DNA of 64,000 nt from Minisyncoccota bacterium (GCA_041661005.1 JBAZVG010000001.1:295544-359543); one strand, 5' to 3'. Shown: positions 1-10,433, counted from the stretch's first letter. Numbers and translations are program-made. The notes: a model not told the origin generated them from the sequence alone.

Positions 1-664
1 GGAAATGTCTTCCCAGCAATTAGTGGACAGAATGCTTTCCGCTGAAAGCCGGGTAAATGCTTGGAATTTACGCACTGGCCGTTTATCTTCTGACAAAGAA
101 TTTTCCCAACTTCGAGACTCGCTGGACAAACTTGCAAAAGCTAAAATATTCATCGATGATCAACCGGGAAATTCAATCGTTAGAATGAAAGCTCTTTCCC
201 GTAGGTTAAAAGCAGAAAAAGGACTTGATCTGATCGTCGTCGACTATTTACAACTTATGTCAACTTCAAAGAGTTATGATTCGATGGTCAACCAAGTGAC
301 AGAAATCAGCAGATCACTAAAAAGCTTAGCAAAAGAATTGGATGTGCCAGTACTCGCGCTTTCTCAGCTTTCTCGAGCAGTGGAATCTCGTGGCGGAAAA
401 CCTAGACTTTCAGACCTTCGCGATTCAGGATCCATCGAACAAGATGCAGACGTTGTAATGTTCATACATAGAGACGACAAAGGAAAAGACGAATCAGAAA
501 AAACAAACATCGCTGAAATTTTGATTGAAAAACACCGAAATGGTCCGACGGGAAAAGTCGATCTTTATTTCGATGAAAAAACCACAACATTCCAAAATCT
601 GGAAAAAAGCAATCTAAGTGAATTCGCGCCAGCAAAAGTCAAGGGAGATTTGGATGAATTTTAA
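1..664 (+). CDS. dnaB: Replicative DNA helicase DnaB, C-terminal part (truncated by window start)
   Basis: LIVVDYLQL, LSQLSRAVESR, DLRDSGSIEQDADVV and KHRNGPTG motifs. Confidence 0.97.
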   Translation, partial: EMSSQQLVDRMLSAESRVNAWNLRTGRLSSDKEFSQLRDSLDKLAKAKIFIDDQPGNSIVRMKALSRRLKAEKGLDLIVVDYLQLMSTSKSYDSMVNQVTEISRSLKSLAKELDVPVLALSQLSRAVESRGGKPRLSDLRDSGSIEQDADVVMFIHRDDKGKDESEKTNIAEILIEKHRNGPTGKVDLYFDEKTTTFQNLEKSNLSEFAPAKVKGDLDEF

Positions 665-666
665 AT

Positions 667-1278
667 ATGGACATTATAGATAAACTGACAGAAATTTTTA
701 AAGAATTCCCCGGAATCGGAGAACGCCAAGCCAGACGCTTTGTTTATTTTTTAATGTCCAAGAATTCCGCATATGCGGAAAACTTAAGTGTCCTAATTTC
801 AGACTTAAAAAAAGAAGTAGCACAATGTAGAGAATGTTTTAGATTCTTTATTTTAGATCAGAATAAAAGCAAGCTATGTGAGATATGTAGCAACACTAAC
901 ACTGACCCTTCTACCCTCATGATCGTAGAAAAAGATTCTGATTTAGAATCCGTAAAGAAAAGTAGAGCTTATCACGGAAAATATTTTGTTTTAGGTGGAC
1001 TTGTGCCTATCGTTGAAAAAACAACCAAAAGCAGAATTAGAATCGAAGAATTAAAAAACAAAATATCAAGCAGTAAAGAAATTAAAGAGATAATTTTAGC
1101 GTTCTCTTTGAATCCTCAGGGCGACCATACTGATTCTTACGTTCGCGAACAGCTCAAAGACACAGCAGAAAAACTCGGTATCAAAGTTTCCTCCCTCGGC
1201 CGAGGCCTTTCCACTGGCACCGAACTCGAATATTCCGACAACGACACCCTCAAAAATGCGTTAAAGAATAGACAATAA
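667..1278 (+). CDS. recR: Recombination mediator RecR
   Basis: N-terminal HhH FPGIGERQARR, C4 zinc finger, TOPRIM region, GTELEY motif. Confidence 0.95.
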   Translation: MDIIDKLTEIFKEFPGIGERQARRFVYFLMSKNSAYAENLSVLISDLKKEVAQCRECFRFFILDQNKSKLCEICSNTNTDPSTLMIVEKDSDLESVKKSRAYHGKYFVLGGLVPIVEKTTKSRIRIEELKNKISSSKEIKEIILAFSLNPQGDHTDSYVREQLKDTAEKLGIKVSSLGRGLSTGTELEYSDNDTLKNALKNRQ

Positions 1279-1304
1279 AAAAGCCGACTATGGTCGGCTT
1301 TTTT
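1277..1304. terminator. Bidirectional intrinsic terminator between convergent recR and rplU
   Basis: AAAAAAGCCGAC-TATG-GTCGGCTTTTTT perfect hairpin with A/T tails on both sides. Confidence 0.85.
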
Positions 1305-1620
1305 ATTTTATTGAAATAATTTTTACTTTAAAAAATGGTTGGCGGTGGCCGTTACGGCGTAAGTAACGGGATTTTTGTTTGTATTTTACTACGAGAATTT
1401 TTCTAGCACGGCCGATTTCCACTATTTCAGCATCTACCTTTGCGCCGGTGATGTATGGAGTACCGATAGTAGTATCCTTACCATCATCAACAAGTAAGAC
1501 TTTATCAAAAGAAACTTTATCCCCTTTTTTATATTCCCCTATTATTTTCTCAATAGAAACAAGGCTTCCTTTGGAGACCTTGTATTGTTTCCCGCCTGTT
1601 TGTATTACTGCAAATTCCAT
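1303..1620 (-). CDS. rplU: 50S ribosomal protein L21
   Basis: FAVIQTGGKQYKV and GHRQ motifs; ATG at 1620 chosen over the longer ORF. Confidence 0.97.
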   Translation of the reverse strand: MEFAVIQTGGKQYKVSKGSLVSIEKIIGEYKKGDKVSFDKVLLVDDGKDTTIGTPYITGAKVDAEIVEIGRARKILVVKYKQKSRYLRRNGHRQPFFKVKIISIK

Positions 1621-1676
1621 AAACTGTATACTATATGAAATTTCACAAAAAAGCAAGTCTTTGTTATACTATTCGT

Positions 1677-2702
1677 ATGATGCAAACAAAAATTATTGAG
1701 CGTTATTTTTTCTTTGGGTTATTATTAACAACCTTTATTTTCACATTCTTTATTTTTCGCCCTTTTTGGATCGTGCTCGTGCTTGGATTATCCTTTTCTA
1801 TAGTCCTCTACCCTATATACGAATGGCTTAAAAAAATAAAAATTCCTGATTGGTTAGCTTCTCTTTTTACTGTGACCTTTTTTACTGTCGTAGTCTGCGG
1901 TCCGCTTTTAGGTATTGGCGCTCTTGTGTTCAATCAAAGCCAAGACGTCTATCATACAGTTACAGATAGCGGAAGCGCCAAGCCCTTTTTGAAATCGATA
2001 GAAAATAAGATTAATAAAATATTACCCGGAAGCGTGCAATTTGATATTAATAAAAAAACAACTGAACTGGTTTCTTATTTATCAAATAATATAGAAAGCA
2101 TATTTACCACTACCGTTTCCGCTTTTTTCTCATTTGCCTTGATTCTCTTAATTATCTTTTATTTTTTAAAAGATGGAGCACAGTGGAGAAAAGCCATCAT
2201 CGTACTCAGCCCACTTGGGGATAAAGACGATGAAAAAATAATCACTAGGCTTGCGCAGGCCGTAACCGGAGTTATAAAGGGATCTCTTTTGATAGCCCTC
2301 ATTCAAGGTATCTTGATGGGTTTTGGATTTTGGTTATTTGGCATCCAAAACGCCGCCCTCTGGGGTGTCGTGGCCGCCATTACATCCCTTGTTCCAACCC
2401 TTGGGACTTCTTTGGTTTCGATTCCAGCAATACTTTTCCTTTTTCTCACAGGAGATACTACATCCGCCATTGGTCTTTTGATTTGGTCGGTCATTATGGT
2501 TGGAATGATCGATAATTTTTTAGGCCCGATCATTGTCGGCAAAAAGATGAAAATATCTTCCCTCCTGATCCTCTTTTCAGTCCTTGGTGGAATTTCACTT
2601 TTAGGGCCGGTCGGTATTTTAGTGGGACCTTTGACAGTAAGCTTACTTTATACTCTTATCTCTATCTACAGAAATGAATTTAAACAAAATACAACTTTAT
2701 AA
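1677..2702 (+). CDS. AI-2E family (PerM/UPF0118) membrane transporter
   Basis: Multi-TM protein with FYFLKDG, IDNFLGPIIVG and LGPVGILVGP motifs. Confidence 0.88.
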   Translation: MMQTKIIERYFFFGLLLTTFIFTFFIFRPFWIVLVLGLSFSIVLYPIYEWLKKIKIPDWLASLFTVTFFTVVVCGPLLGIGALVFNQSQDVYHTVTDSGSAKPFLKSIENKINKILPGSVQFDINKKTTELVSYLSNNIESIFTTTVSAFFSFALILLIIFYFLKDGAQWRKAIIVLSPLGDKDDEKIITRLAQAVTGVIKGSLLIALIQGILMGFGFWLFGIQNAALWGVVAAITSLVPTLGTSLVSIPAILFLFLTGDTTSAIGLLIWSVIMVGMIDNFLGPIIVGKKMKISSLLILFSVLGGISLLGPVGILVGPLTVSLLYTLISIYRNEFKQNTTL

Positions 2703-4107
2703 CACCTTAACACGAAAAAAAGAAAAATTTTCGCCGATTGAAAAGAATGAAGTCCGCATGTATACCTGTGGACCAACGGTTTACGACTATACCCATATAG
2801 GCAATCTGCGTTCCTATGTTTTCGCTGACATACTATGTCGCACCCTCAGATATGGTGGATTTAAAGTAAAACAAGTGATGAATATTACCGATATAGGACA
2901 TCTCTCTAGTGATGCAGACTCGGGCGAAGATAAAATGACAAAAGGACTTTTGCGCGAAGGCAAGGCTCTTACCCTCAAAAATATGAGAGAGCTTGCAGAA
3001 TTTTATACCGAAAAATTCAAGAAAGATTTAACAGAACTCAACATCCAAATGCCGGATGGCCTCTACTTTGCTAGTGATTATATAAAAGAAGATATAGAAC
3101 TGATACAAAAATTAGAAAAAAATAACTACACATACAAAACTAGCGACGGAATCTATTTCGATATTTCAAAAATGTCGGATTATGGCGTTCTGTGGGGCGG
3201 AAAAAGAAATTGGGATGAAGGTCATGCGAGAGTTACCGAAAATTCAGAAAAAAAGAACCCGGAAGATTTTGCGCTTTGGAAATTCAATTCAGAAATTGGT
3301 TTTGAATCTACGTGGGGAAAAGGCTTCCCGGGTTGGCACATTGAATGTTCAGCGATGGGCATAAAATTTTTAGGTGAACAGTTTGATATTCACACAGGAG
3401 GCATAGACCTTATTCCCACCCATCACACAAATGAAATAGCCCAATCAGAATCTGCAACCGGCAAAAAGCCTTTCGTTAAATTTTGGATGCATAGCGAATT
3501 TGTCGACACTGGAAATGAAAAAATGTCTAAATCAAAAGGCAATTTCTTGAGACTAGATAGCTTGAATGAAAAGAACATCAACCCCATAACTTATCGTTTT
3601 TGGCTCTTGATGGCTAGTTATCGCACAAAGGTAAACTTCGTCTGGGAAGCCCTAGAGGGCGCAGAAACGGCCTTAAAACGCCTTTATAACCTATATTTAG
3701 AACTTGACGAGGCTAAATCCGCCAAAGGCGGATCGCCCGACGCTTCTACTGAAGCGTTTAGGGGTAAGGTAAACAAAGAATATGAGAAAAAGTTCAAAGA
3801 GTTCCTAGAAGATGATCTAGATACCCCGAGAGCATTGACCGTCCTCTGGGATATATTAAAAGATGAAAATGTGACGAACGCCGATAAAAAAGCAACAGTT
3901 TTAGATTTTGACAAAGTATTGGGTCTAGGATTTGAAAATTTGAAAGAAGAAAAAATCCCAGAAGAAGTGATGAAGCTAGTAGAAGAGCGCGAACAAGCTC
4001 GTCAAAATAAAGATTTCAAAAAATCTGATGAACTAAGAAAAGAAATTAATTCGCTAGGCTATGAAGTGAAAGATACAGCCGAGGGGCAGAAGATTTCTAA
4101 GATTTAA
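2674..4107 (+). CDS. cysS: Cysteine--tRNA ligase
   Basis: CGPTVYD, HIGN, PGWHIECSAM, KMSKS; carries an in-frame palindromic insert at 3709-3763. Confidence 0.98.
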   Translation: MNLNKIQLYNTLTRKKEKFSPIEKNEVRMYTCGPTVYDYTHIGNLRSYVFADILCRTLRYGGFKVKQVMNITDIGHLSSDADSGEDKMTKGLLREGKALTLKNMRELAEFYTEKFKKDLTELNIQMPDGLYFASDYIKEDIELIQKLEKNNYTYKTSDGIYFDISKMSDYGVLWGGKRNWDEGHARVTENSEKKNPEDFALWKFNSEIGFESTWGKGFPGWHIECSAMGIKFLGEQFDIHTGGIDLIPTHHTNEIAQSESATGKKPFVKFWMHSEFVDTGNEKMSKSKGNFLRLDSLNEKNINPITYRFWLLMASYRTKVNFVWEALEGAETALKRLYNLYLELDEAKSAKGGSPDASTEAFRGKVNKEYEKKFKEFLEDDLDTPRALTVLWDILKDENVTNADKKATVLDFDKVLGLGFENLKEEKIPEEVMKLVEEREQARQNKDFKKSDELRKEINSLGYEVKDTAEGQKISKI

Positions 4108-4180
4108 TGTTGTTAATTTGTGCATATGCTAGTTTTCACAACATTATCTAAGATTTCTGCATATGCGGATTTTTTAGATA
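4108..4180. repeat. Two adjacent 36-bp imperfect palindromes centred on GCATATGC
   Basis: TGTTGTTAATTTGTGCATATGCTAGTTTTCACAACA (4108-4143) and TATCTAAGATTTCTGCATATGCGGATTTTTTAGATA (4145-4180). Confidence 0.8.
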
Positions 4181-4200
4181 GATGTAAAGATAAAACTGAA

Positions 4201-4242
4201 ATAGCCAGACACTTTTTCCTCCTTTCGGTGTGTACTGGCTAT
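4201..4242 (-). terminator. Hairpin/terminator downstream of orphan ORF 4268-4588; paralogous to 22812-22849
   Basis: ATAGCCAG...CTGGCTAT stem enclosing CACCGAAAGGAG (minus strand), followed by T-rich tail. Confidence 0.6.
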
Positions 4243-4267
4243 TGAGAGTATTAGACTCCCGGCTTTT

Positions 4268-4588
4268 TTATGCAGAAACAGGATGTTCAAGTTCATCTTT
4301 CTCCATGGCCGCGATGAGCTCGTTCAGATTCACAAATATCGAACGGCCTTCGAAATCTCCTTCTTCAGAGACACCATCATTCACCTTGTATTGCAGATGC
4401 ACCTTTACCGATTCCTTCCCAACCCTGGCACTTGGAACACCGTGTTGTCGGTAAATTGAAGCATTCAGGTAAACAACCTCCATGACTTGATTGCCAATCC
4501 AAACTTCTCCAGGTAGCAACCTAGGATGTGTGAACATTTCAGGACACTTTTCCCGCATTTCTGCTTCTCGTTCTGCTTTACTCATCAT
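4268..4588 (-). CDS. Orphan hypothetical protein with own promoter and terminator
   Basis: 106-aa ORF, GAAAGGAG SD-like motif upstream, TTGACA at 4660-4665 on the minus strand. Confidence 0.7.
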   Translation of the reverse strand: MMSKAEREAEMREKCPEMFTHPRLLPGEVWIGNQVMEVVYLNASIYRQHGVPSARVGKESVKVHLQYKVNDGVSEEGDFEGRSIFVNLNELIAAMEKDELEHPVSA

Positions 4589-4665
4589 AACAAAGAGCTC
4601 CTTTCAAGCTCTAGGGTTTAAGAACGTATCACTTAAAAACTAATATATATATAGGCTTTTGTCAA

Positions 4666-4701
4666 TGTTGTGAATTTTCGCATATGCGAAAATTCACAAC
4701 A
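4666..4701. repeat. Perfect 36-bp palindrome centred on GCATATGC
   Basis: TGTTGTGAATTTTCGCATATGCGAAAATTCACAACA is its own reverse complement. Confidence 0.9.
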
Positions 4702-4713
4702 GGATTTTGATTC

Positions 4714-5292
4714 TTATGGTTTAAAAATTTTCTTGCGATAGATGATGATTATCTCAATAATATTGAAAGCTATTAAATAGAACCCGAAAGAATAGATGGT
4801 GAAAATCCAGTCTTTGATAATAAGAATTCCAATTATATTCACTATCGTTGTAGAAACATAGAGGAGACCTGATTCGGATTCTGGATTATTCCATGATTTT
4901 TTAAAAGTTGGAACAAAAGCTAAAGCATCAGCCAGTATCGCAAATAAAATAGAGACAGCTAGATTATGAGTGATGACATAAAGCACTAAAGATAGTAGAG
5001 CAAGGACTCCACACACTATGTCAAAAGCAGAAATATTCCAATGCCAATTTTTTTTCCAAATAGAAACAATAAAAACAACAAGCGGTCCGAATCCGGCCAT
5101 TAAAATTGGAATCACAGAAAGTTGAGCTCCAGCTTTAAGTTGAAAAAACACGCCGATAAATGGAGCCAACATCCAAATAAACCAGGAAACTAGATTGGGT
5201 CGAGTCTGCCCAAAAAACATATCTCGAAAATAGATATAATAACCAATTACATAGAATATGACCCCTAAATAAATAACATTTTCCGGGAACAT
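4714..5292 (-). CDS. Hypothetical multi-pass membrane protein
   Basis: About 6-7 hydrophobic segments; TRPNLVSWFIW and PTFKKSWNNPESE motifs. Confidence 0.8.
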   Translation of the reverse strand: MFPENVIYLGVIFYVIGYYIYFRDMFFGQTRPNLVSWFIWMLAPFIGVFFQLKAGAQLSVIPILMAGFGPLVVFIVSIWKKNWHWNISAFDIVCGVLALLSLVLYVITHNLAVSILFAILADALAFVPTFKKSWNNPESESGLLYVSTTIVNIIGILIIKDWIFTIYSFGFYLIAFNIIEIIIIYRKKIFKP

Positions 5293-5296
5293 TGTG

Positions 5297-6400
5297 TTAT
5301 ATCCCCTCTTTCTTGAGCTCTTCGATGAGCGCGCGGGATGAGCGGGAAATTTTTGAAGGCATTTTTATATTGAGTTTGATTAAGAGATCGCCACGTTTAC
5401 TTTTTGAGATAGGCACACCTTTACCACGCACTCGCAGAATTTCATTTACAGATACGCCTTCCGGAATAGTGACTTTGATTTCTCCGTCGAGGGTCTCGAT
5501 CGAATGTTCTACACCTAAAAGTGCATCAGAAAGTTTCAAATTTAAATTCATCACTAAATCATTGCCATCGCGCTTGAATACTGTATGTGGCGCCACATTT
5601 ATTTTTATATAAAGATCTCCTGTTGTTCCTTTGGAAGCCGCTTCGCCATAACCCGTCATCCGAATCATTTCCCCATCTCGGATGCCAGCCGGAATCACAA
5701 TTGAAACTTCTTCTTCCCGACGAAGCACCCCTTTACCTTTACACATCTCACAAATTTCTTTCGGCACTTCACCTGTCCCCGAACAAACTTCGCAAATTTT
5801 AGTATTGGCAATGTTGCCAAAAATTGTTCTTTTTGATTCACGAATTTTTCCTTGACCGTTACAGGTCTTGCAAGTTTCTATTTTAGAACCCACCTTCGCG
5901 CCAGAGCCATGGCAGATGAGACAATTTGACATTTTAGTAATCAAAACTTTTCTATTGGTGCCAAAAATAGAATCAGAAAAAGAAATTTGAATTTCAGTGG
6001 AAATATCTCTACCGCGTTTTTGCTCTCTCCTGCCCCCGCCCATACCACCACCAAAGAAATCACTAAAAATGTCATTCAGATTACCAAAATCAAAATCTGC
6101 ATTTCCATTTTGAAAACCACTAAAATCAAATCCCTCAAACCCACCCTGCCTCGAACCGCCGTAACCTCCGGTGGAGGCGCTTCCCATATTTTCAAATTGA
6201 AATCCATACTGATCGTATTTTGAACGCTTGGTATCATCCGAAAGAACCTGATAAGCTTCGTTTACTTGCTTAAACTTTGTTTCATTGCCTTCTTTTTTGT
6301 CAGGATGATATTTGTGCGCCAACTTATAAAAAGCCTTTTTGATATCATCCTTGGACGCGCTCTTATTTACTCCTAATATTTCATAATAGTCTTTATTCAT
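5297..6400 (-). CDS. dnaJ: Chaperone DnaJ
   Basis: J domain with HPD, G/F-rich region, four CxxCxGxG repeats. Confidence 0.98.
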   Translation of the reverse strand: MNKDYYEILGVNKSASKDDIKKAFYKLAHKYHPDKKEGNETKFKQVNEAYQVLSDDTKRSKYDQYGFQFENMGSASTGGYGGSRQGGFEGFDFSGFQNGNADFDFGNLNDIFSDFFGGGMGGGRREQKRGRDISTEIQISFSDSIFGTNRKVLITKMSNCLICHGSGAKVGSKIETCKTCNGQGKIRESKRTIFGNIANTKICEVCSGTGEVPKEICEMCKGKGVLRREEEVSIVIPAGIRDGEMIRMTGYGEAASKGTTGDLYIKINVAPHTVFKRDGNDLVMNLNLKLSDALLGVEHSIETLDGEIKVTIPEGVSVNEILRVRGKGVPISKSKRGDLLIKLNIKMPSKISRSSRALIEELKKEGI

Positions 6401-6415
6401 AACGTTATTCCCACA

Positions 6416-7945
6416 TTATATCATAGGCTCAGCTTCCTGTGAAGCTTTTGTTTTTGGCCTTTCTTCCTTAAACACTTCTTCTGAAGCGTCGGGTGATCCG
6501 CTTTCAGCGGATTCAGCCTCTTTTTCATTTTCTTTCCCTTTAGCTTTTCCTTCAATTATCGCCTTTTCCTCAGCGCTCCTGATGATCGTAGCTTCTTCTT
6601 CGGCGATTAGTTTGGCCGCGTCGTCCTTTGGTATTGAATATTTTCTGCGAGACGCTTCGATAATTTCTTGTCGATACGACGGATGCGTCGGAGGAAGAAC
6701 TCGCAGGGTCTCAGCCGAAAATGGATCATAAGATTCTCCATCAATGGTCATTTTTATATAAAATTCCGCTACTGCCAAATTGATCATATCTTTGACGTCA
6801 AAAATTGGCGCAAATTCTGGTTTTAATTTAACTGCATCTTCACCACCGACTCTGAAACAGATTATGCTTCCTGTGTTTCCAAGGACTGCGTGCTGAACCT
6901 GTGGAAGAAGCTGTCCGATATACTGGTGCGCCATAGTTAGATTGAGCGCATATTTTCTAGCTTCAGATAAAATATTTTCAAATGTTTGAGTGACGATATT
7001 GTGGAACTCATCGATGTATAAATAAAAATCCTTACGATCTTTTTCTGGAATGCTTGCTCGCTCCATTCCCGCTTGTTTTATTTTTGTCAGGAACATTGAA
7101 CCGAAGAAAGAAGAATTTTCTTCTCCGATACGACCTTTGGAAAGGTTAATAAAAATTATTTTCTCCTGATTCATGAGTTCACTAATATCTATTTTGTTTT
7201 GTTTTTGTCCAAAGATATTTCGGAGCAACGGATCCGAAAGAAATTGCCCGAGCTTGTTCACTAGCGGGATGATAGCGTCGGTGTCAAATTTCTCCGACCA
7301 ATCGGCAAATTCGATAGCGAAGAATCTCTTCACCATGTCGTCTGTGATGTATTCCACCACTTTCTGCCTGTAATTTCTATCGGTCAGCATTGAGATCATC
7401 CCACGCATGGTGGCATGTGGATAGTCGAGAAGCGCCAAACACGTAAATCGAAAGACGTGTTCTAGGCGGGGCGTCCAGTTGGCGCCGAATTGTTTATGTA
7501 AAACTTCAATCAAGCCTTGAGTCAATTGAAATTTAAAAAGCGGGTCCACATTAGCAAGCGGATTAAACGACGCCGGAAAATCAATATCAGCCGGGTCGAT
7601 AATGCAGACATCCTCGATACGCTCTTTGGGAATATAATCCAGCATCGCATCGATCACATCACCGTGCGGGTCAATGAGACACAAGCCATGATTGTATGTT
7701 ACGTCTTGGCGAATGAAAAGTTCGAGTAATTTCGTCTTACCGACACCCGACTTTCCAACGATGTAAAGATGCCTTCGGCGATCGACGCGCTTGATGCCGA
7801 AAATAAATTTTTTTTCTTCAAGCGAAGCTACATAATTAGTGCGTCCAATGAAAGAAACCTCTTCGGGTTTCACTTTGCCAAAAACGGGCAACTCTGGCGG
7901 TGGCGGTCCGTATTTGATTATTTGCACTCGATTAGGCTTGGGCAT
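6416..7945 (-). CDS. VirD4/TraD/HerA-like P-loop ATPase (type IV coupling-protein-like)
   Basis: Walker A GKSGVGKT, IDPHGD, Walker B LYIDEFHN, SEARKY, AHQY. Confidence 0.88.
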   Translation of the reverse strand: MPKPNRVQIIKYGPPPPELPVFGKVKPEEVSFIGRTNYVASLEEKKFIFGIKRVDRRRHLYIVGKSGVGKTKLLELFIRQDVTYNHGLCLIDPHGDVIDAMLDYIPKERIEDVCIIDPADIDFPASFNPLANVDPLFKFQLTQGLIEVLHKQFGANWTPRLEHVFRFTCLALLDYPHATMRGMISMLTDRNYRQKVVEYITDDMVKRFFAIEFADWSEKFDTDAIIPLVNKLGQFLSDPLLRNIFGQKQNKIDISELMNQEKIIFINLSKGRIGEENSSFFGSMFLTKIKQAGMERASIPEKDRKDFYLYIDEFHNIVTQTFENILSEARKYALNLTMAHQYIGQLLPQVQHAVLGNTGSIICFRVGGEDAVKLKPEFAPIFDVKDMINLAVAEFYIKMTIDGESYDPFSAETLRVLPPTHPSYRQEIIEASRRKYSIPKDDAAKLIAEEEATIIRSAEEKAIIEGKAKGKENEKEAESAESGSPDASEEVFKEERPKTKASQEAEPMI

Positions 7946-7946
7946 A

Positions 7947-8237
7947 TTATTTATACTTTAACATGAATTTGTAAGAAAAAGGTTCAGCATATTTTTCTAA
8001 AATAATTCTTTCATATGGATTCAATTTATCGTAACCGAGAATAAAATTTTTAACGACGCTCCACTCTTCGCGTCCAGCCGGAATAATTTCCCTAAAATTC
8101 AGGATTGTATCAACAATGCCCAAAGCCCGGTTTTTTGCGTTATTTGCAGCCTCTATTTTTCCAGAATCATAAAAAGAAAAAAGTCTGCCTATTTCAGGAT
8201 ATATGTTTGCCATATAAAAAAGTGAATTTTTCTCCAT
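7947..8237 (-). CDS. Small helical hypothetical protein
   Basis: 96-aa ORF tightly coupled to neighbours; MANIYPEIGR motif. Confidence 0.75.
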   Translation of the reverse strand: MEKNSLFYMANIYPEIGRLFSFYDSGKIEAANNAKNRALGIVDTILNFREIIPAGREEWSVVKNFILGYDKLNPYERIILEKYAEPFSYKFMLKYK

Positions 8238-8240
8238 AAA

Positions 8241-8597
8241 TTATTTCAAGTCAATAAATTTATAAATAATACTGGTGGCTTTCTTGATAATTTCATTGTT
8301 GTTTATATTCCTGGAACGATTGCCAAAATTTGGTTTTATATTAACCATTGAATCAAATTCCAAAACTCCTTCTGGATTTTCCTCAAAACGAACATTAAAA
8401 CCCCAAATATCTTCAAATTTTGAACCCGTGCTAGTTAATAGTTCAGAGTCCTCAATATGATAATCACCACCCAAAGCCACTCGACCTCCTTCGATATCCA
8501 CCGCCCCCTTTATCATCGTTCCATACCAAAATTCTGCTAACTTCTTAAGATCTTCTACGCTGATTTTATGATCTAAAATAATAATTTTCGTGTCCAT
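8241..8597 (-). CDS. DUF5674-like protein
   Basis: MIKGAVDI, GGDYH, GSKFEDIWGFN, EFDSMVNIKP and NRSR motifs recalled for this family. Confidence 0.75.
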   Translation of the reverse strand: MDTKIIILDHKISVEDLKKLAEFWYGTMIKGAVDIEGGRVALGGDYHIEDSELLTSTGSKFEDIWGFNVRFEENPEGVLEFDSMVNIKPNFGNRSRNINNNEIIKKATSIIYKFIDLK

Positions 8598-8634
8598 ATA
8601 CTAGAAATATATTAGCACAATTTTGGTCTATTTT

Positions 8635-10386
8635 CTAATAAACCTCGGCTTGGTAGCATTTCTCGCAGTAGACAATCTCTGGTCGATCAGGAGCGTATGA
8701 AGTTTCGAATTCTATTTCACACTTTCCTGCCCCGTGTATATGATTTTTCTTATCGCACATACAGGATCTATGCCAAAGCTTAAGCGGATTTCTTTGCTTT
8801 TGTCTAGTGTAATGTCTGCAATTTGGACACATATGCGGCAGTGGTAGATTCATTCTTTTATAAAACGAGAGTTCATCCTTTATTATTTTGAATGCTTCTG
8901 TGCACTGTTCGTTGCATTTTCCTTTATGTTCACACTCTATAACCTTACCAATAACATCTTCACTCACTTCTCCAATATCATTTGGAATATCTTCTGTTTT
9001 AATATTTATTTTAAAAGTTCGATTTTCGCCTTCTTTCCATCTGTAACCTTGCTTTAGAGTTTCTGTTTTTGTTAATGGAAAATATTCTTGAGCTATAGTC
9101 TCGTTATAAGCAAACGGCGACAGTTCTGCTGGAAAAAATTCCCCGTACTTATAAATTTTTCCTTCTTTATCTACATATGGCATATCGTTCATATGTTTAA
9201 TAATTTTAGGAACTAATTCTGAATATTCTTCTTTCGTATATTGTTTATTCAATATGCAATACTGTTTCTGACGAAGACCAATACATCCAAAAACATTTCC
9301 ACAACCATGGGAAGCATAACTATAATAAACATCATTCCCTCCCCAAACAAATATGGTAAAAAACAATCTTGCTCCATCTGCACCCGTGTCAACACCTTCG
9401 TAAAGTTGGCTTGCATTTCCTCCGAAACCATAACCATCATAAGAATCTTCCAATTGGACTCCGCCATTTATTGCAAATTTAGTGTCTCTGATCCCTCCTT
9501 TTAGATCAAAACAAAATTTACAGTTTGAAGCATTTGCTAGATTATCTCCGGTGCAATTTTGAGCATTGTAGAAAGTAGCAAACTTCCTTATGCTTTCTCT
9601 TCTTAAATTAATAAATTTCTCCTTTATCGCATTGAATCCTTTATAGTCATGCAAATTCATTTTTTTTACTTCCTTATCATAATCTTCCTTGGAATATTGT
9701 TTATTAAAAATGCAATAAGATTTACTGCGAAGATTTACACATCCGATGCAATCTGTGCAACCTTTGCATTCATAAAGAAAATAGCAAGATACGCAGTTTT
9801 CACAGTTTTCACAAAAAACAGAACCATACATTTTTTCACACGCTGTTAAATCATAGCTTAATTCCGTATTTGAACACGCAAGAAGATCCATAGAACCTTT
9901 AGATCGAAATGTTTTTGCGCTGAACAAAATATCTTCAACTTCCCAACTTGCAAAAGTTAAGTAAGAACTACGTATTTCTCCACAATGATTGCAATAAAAA
10001 CTATTACTAATTCTGCTATTAAAAAGTGACGGAAGAGGAGCGCGCATCAACAATTCTTTCCATTGAATAAAAAATGGTTTTGAAAAATCGTAATTTTGTC
10101 CTGATTCAAGCGGATCCCATTTATCTGACCACCAAATCTCTCTTTCATAAACCTTGCACGGATTGTCAGCAGAAAATGGAGTAATTATATCTTGATCGCT
10201 GAAATCGCATTTTCGTTTATACAAAGCTCGCTCATTTCTGAAAATCATTCTCCTAACTGCCCTACACTCCGGGCAAAAAGTAGGTGGCGGGACTTTGATT
10301 TTTTCGTAAAAATTAAAATCCTCCGATTCTATCGTAAAGTCTTGTTTGCAATTTTGACATATTGTATTTTGTGATTTATACTCCAT
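8635..10386 (-). CDS. Cys-rich repeat protein with N- and C-terminal Zn-ribbon motifs (CPR-expanded family)
   Basis: CQNC...PPTFCPECR start, CxxCxxC repeats, YGEFFP, YAPDRPEIVYCEKCY end. Confidence 0.85.
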   Translation of the reverse strand: MEYKSQNTICQNCKQDFTIESEDFNFYEKIKVPPPTFCPECRAVRRMIFRNERALYKRKCDFSDQDIITPFSADNPCKVYEREIWWSDKWDPLESGQNYDFSKPFFIQWKELLMRAPLPSLFNSRISNSFYCNHCGEIRSSYLTFASWEVEDILFSAKTFRSKGSMDLLACSNTELSYDLTACEKMYGSVFCENCENCVSCYFLYECKGCTDCIGCVNLRSKSYCIFNKQYSKEDYDKEVKKMNLHDYKGFNAIKEKFINLRRESIRKFATFYNAQNCTGDNLANASNCKFCFDLKGGIRDTKFAINGGVQLEDSYDGYGFGGNASQLYEGVDTGADGARLFFTIFVWGGNDVYYSYASHGCGNVFGCIGLRQKQYCILNKQYTKEEYSELVPKIIKHMNDMPYVDKEGKIYKYGEFFPAELSPFAYNETIAQEYFPLTKTETLKQGYRWKEGENRTFKINIKTEDIPNDIGEVSEDVIGKVIECEHKGKCNEQCTEAFKIIKDELSFYKRMNLPLPHMCPNCRHYTRQKQRNPLKLWHRSCMCDKKNHIHGAGKCEIEFETSYAPDRPEIVYCEKCYQAEVY

Positions 10387-10399
10387 ATCTTTTTTGCAA

Positions 10400-10433
10400 C
10401 CTGCCCCGTAGGAAGCTCTGCTTTCCTTCGGGG
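10400..10433. repeat. REP-like palindrome (CCTGCCCCGTAG family); second copy at 20307-20340
   Basis: CCCCGTAGGAAG-CTCTG-CTTTCCTTCGGGG imperfect hairpin. Confidence 0.6.
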
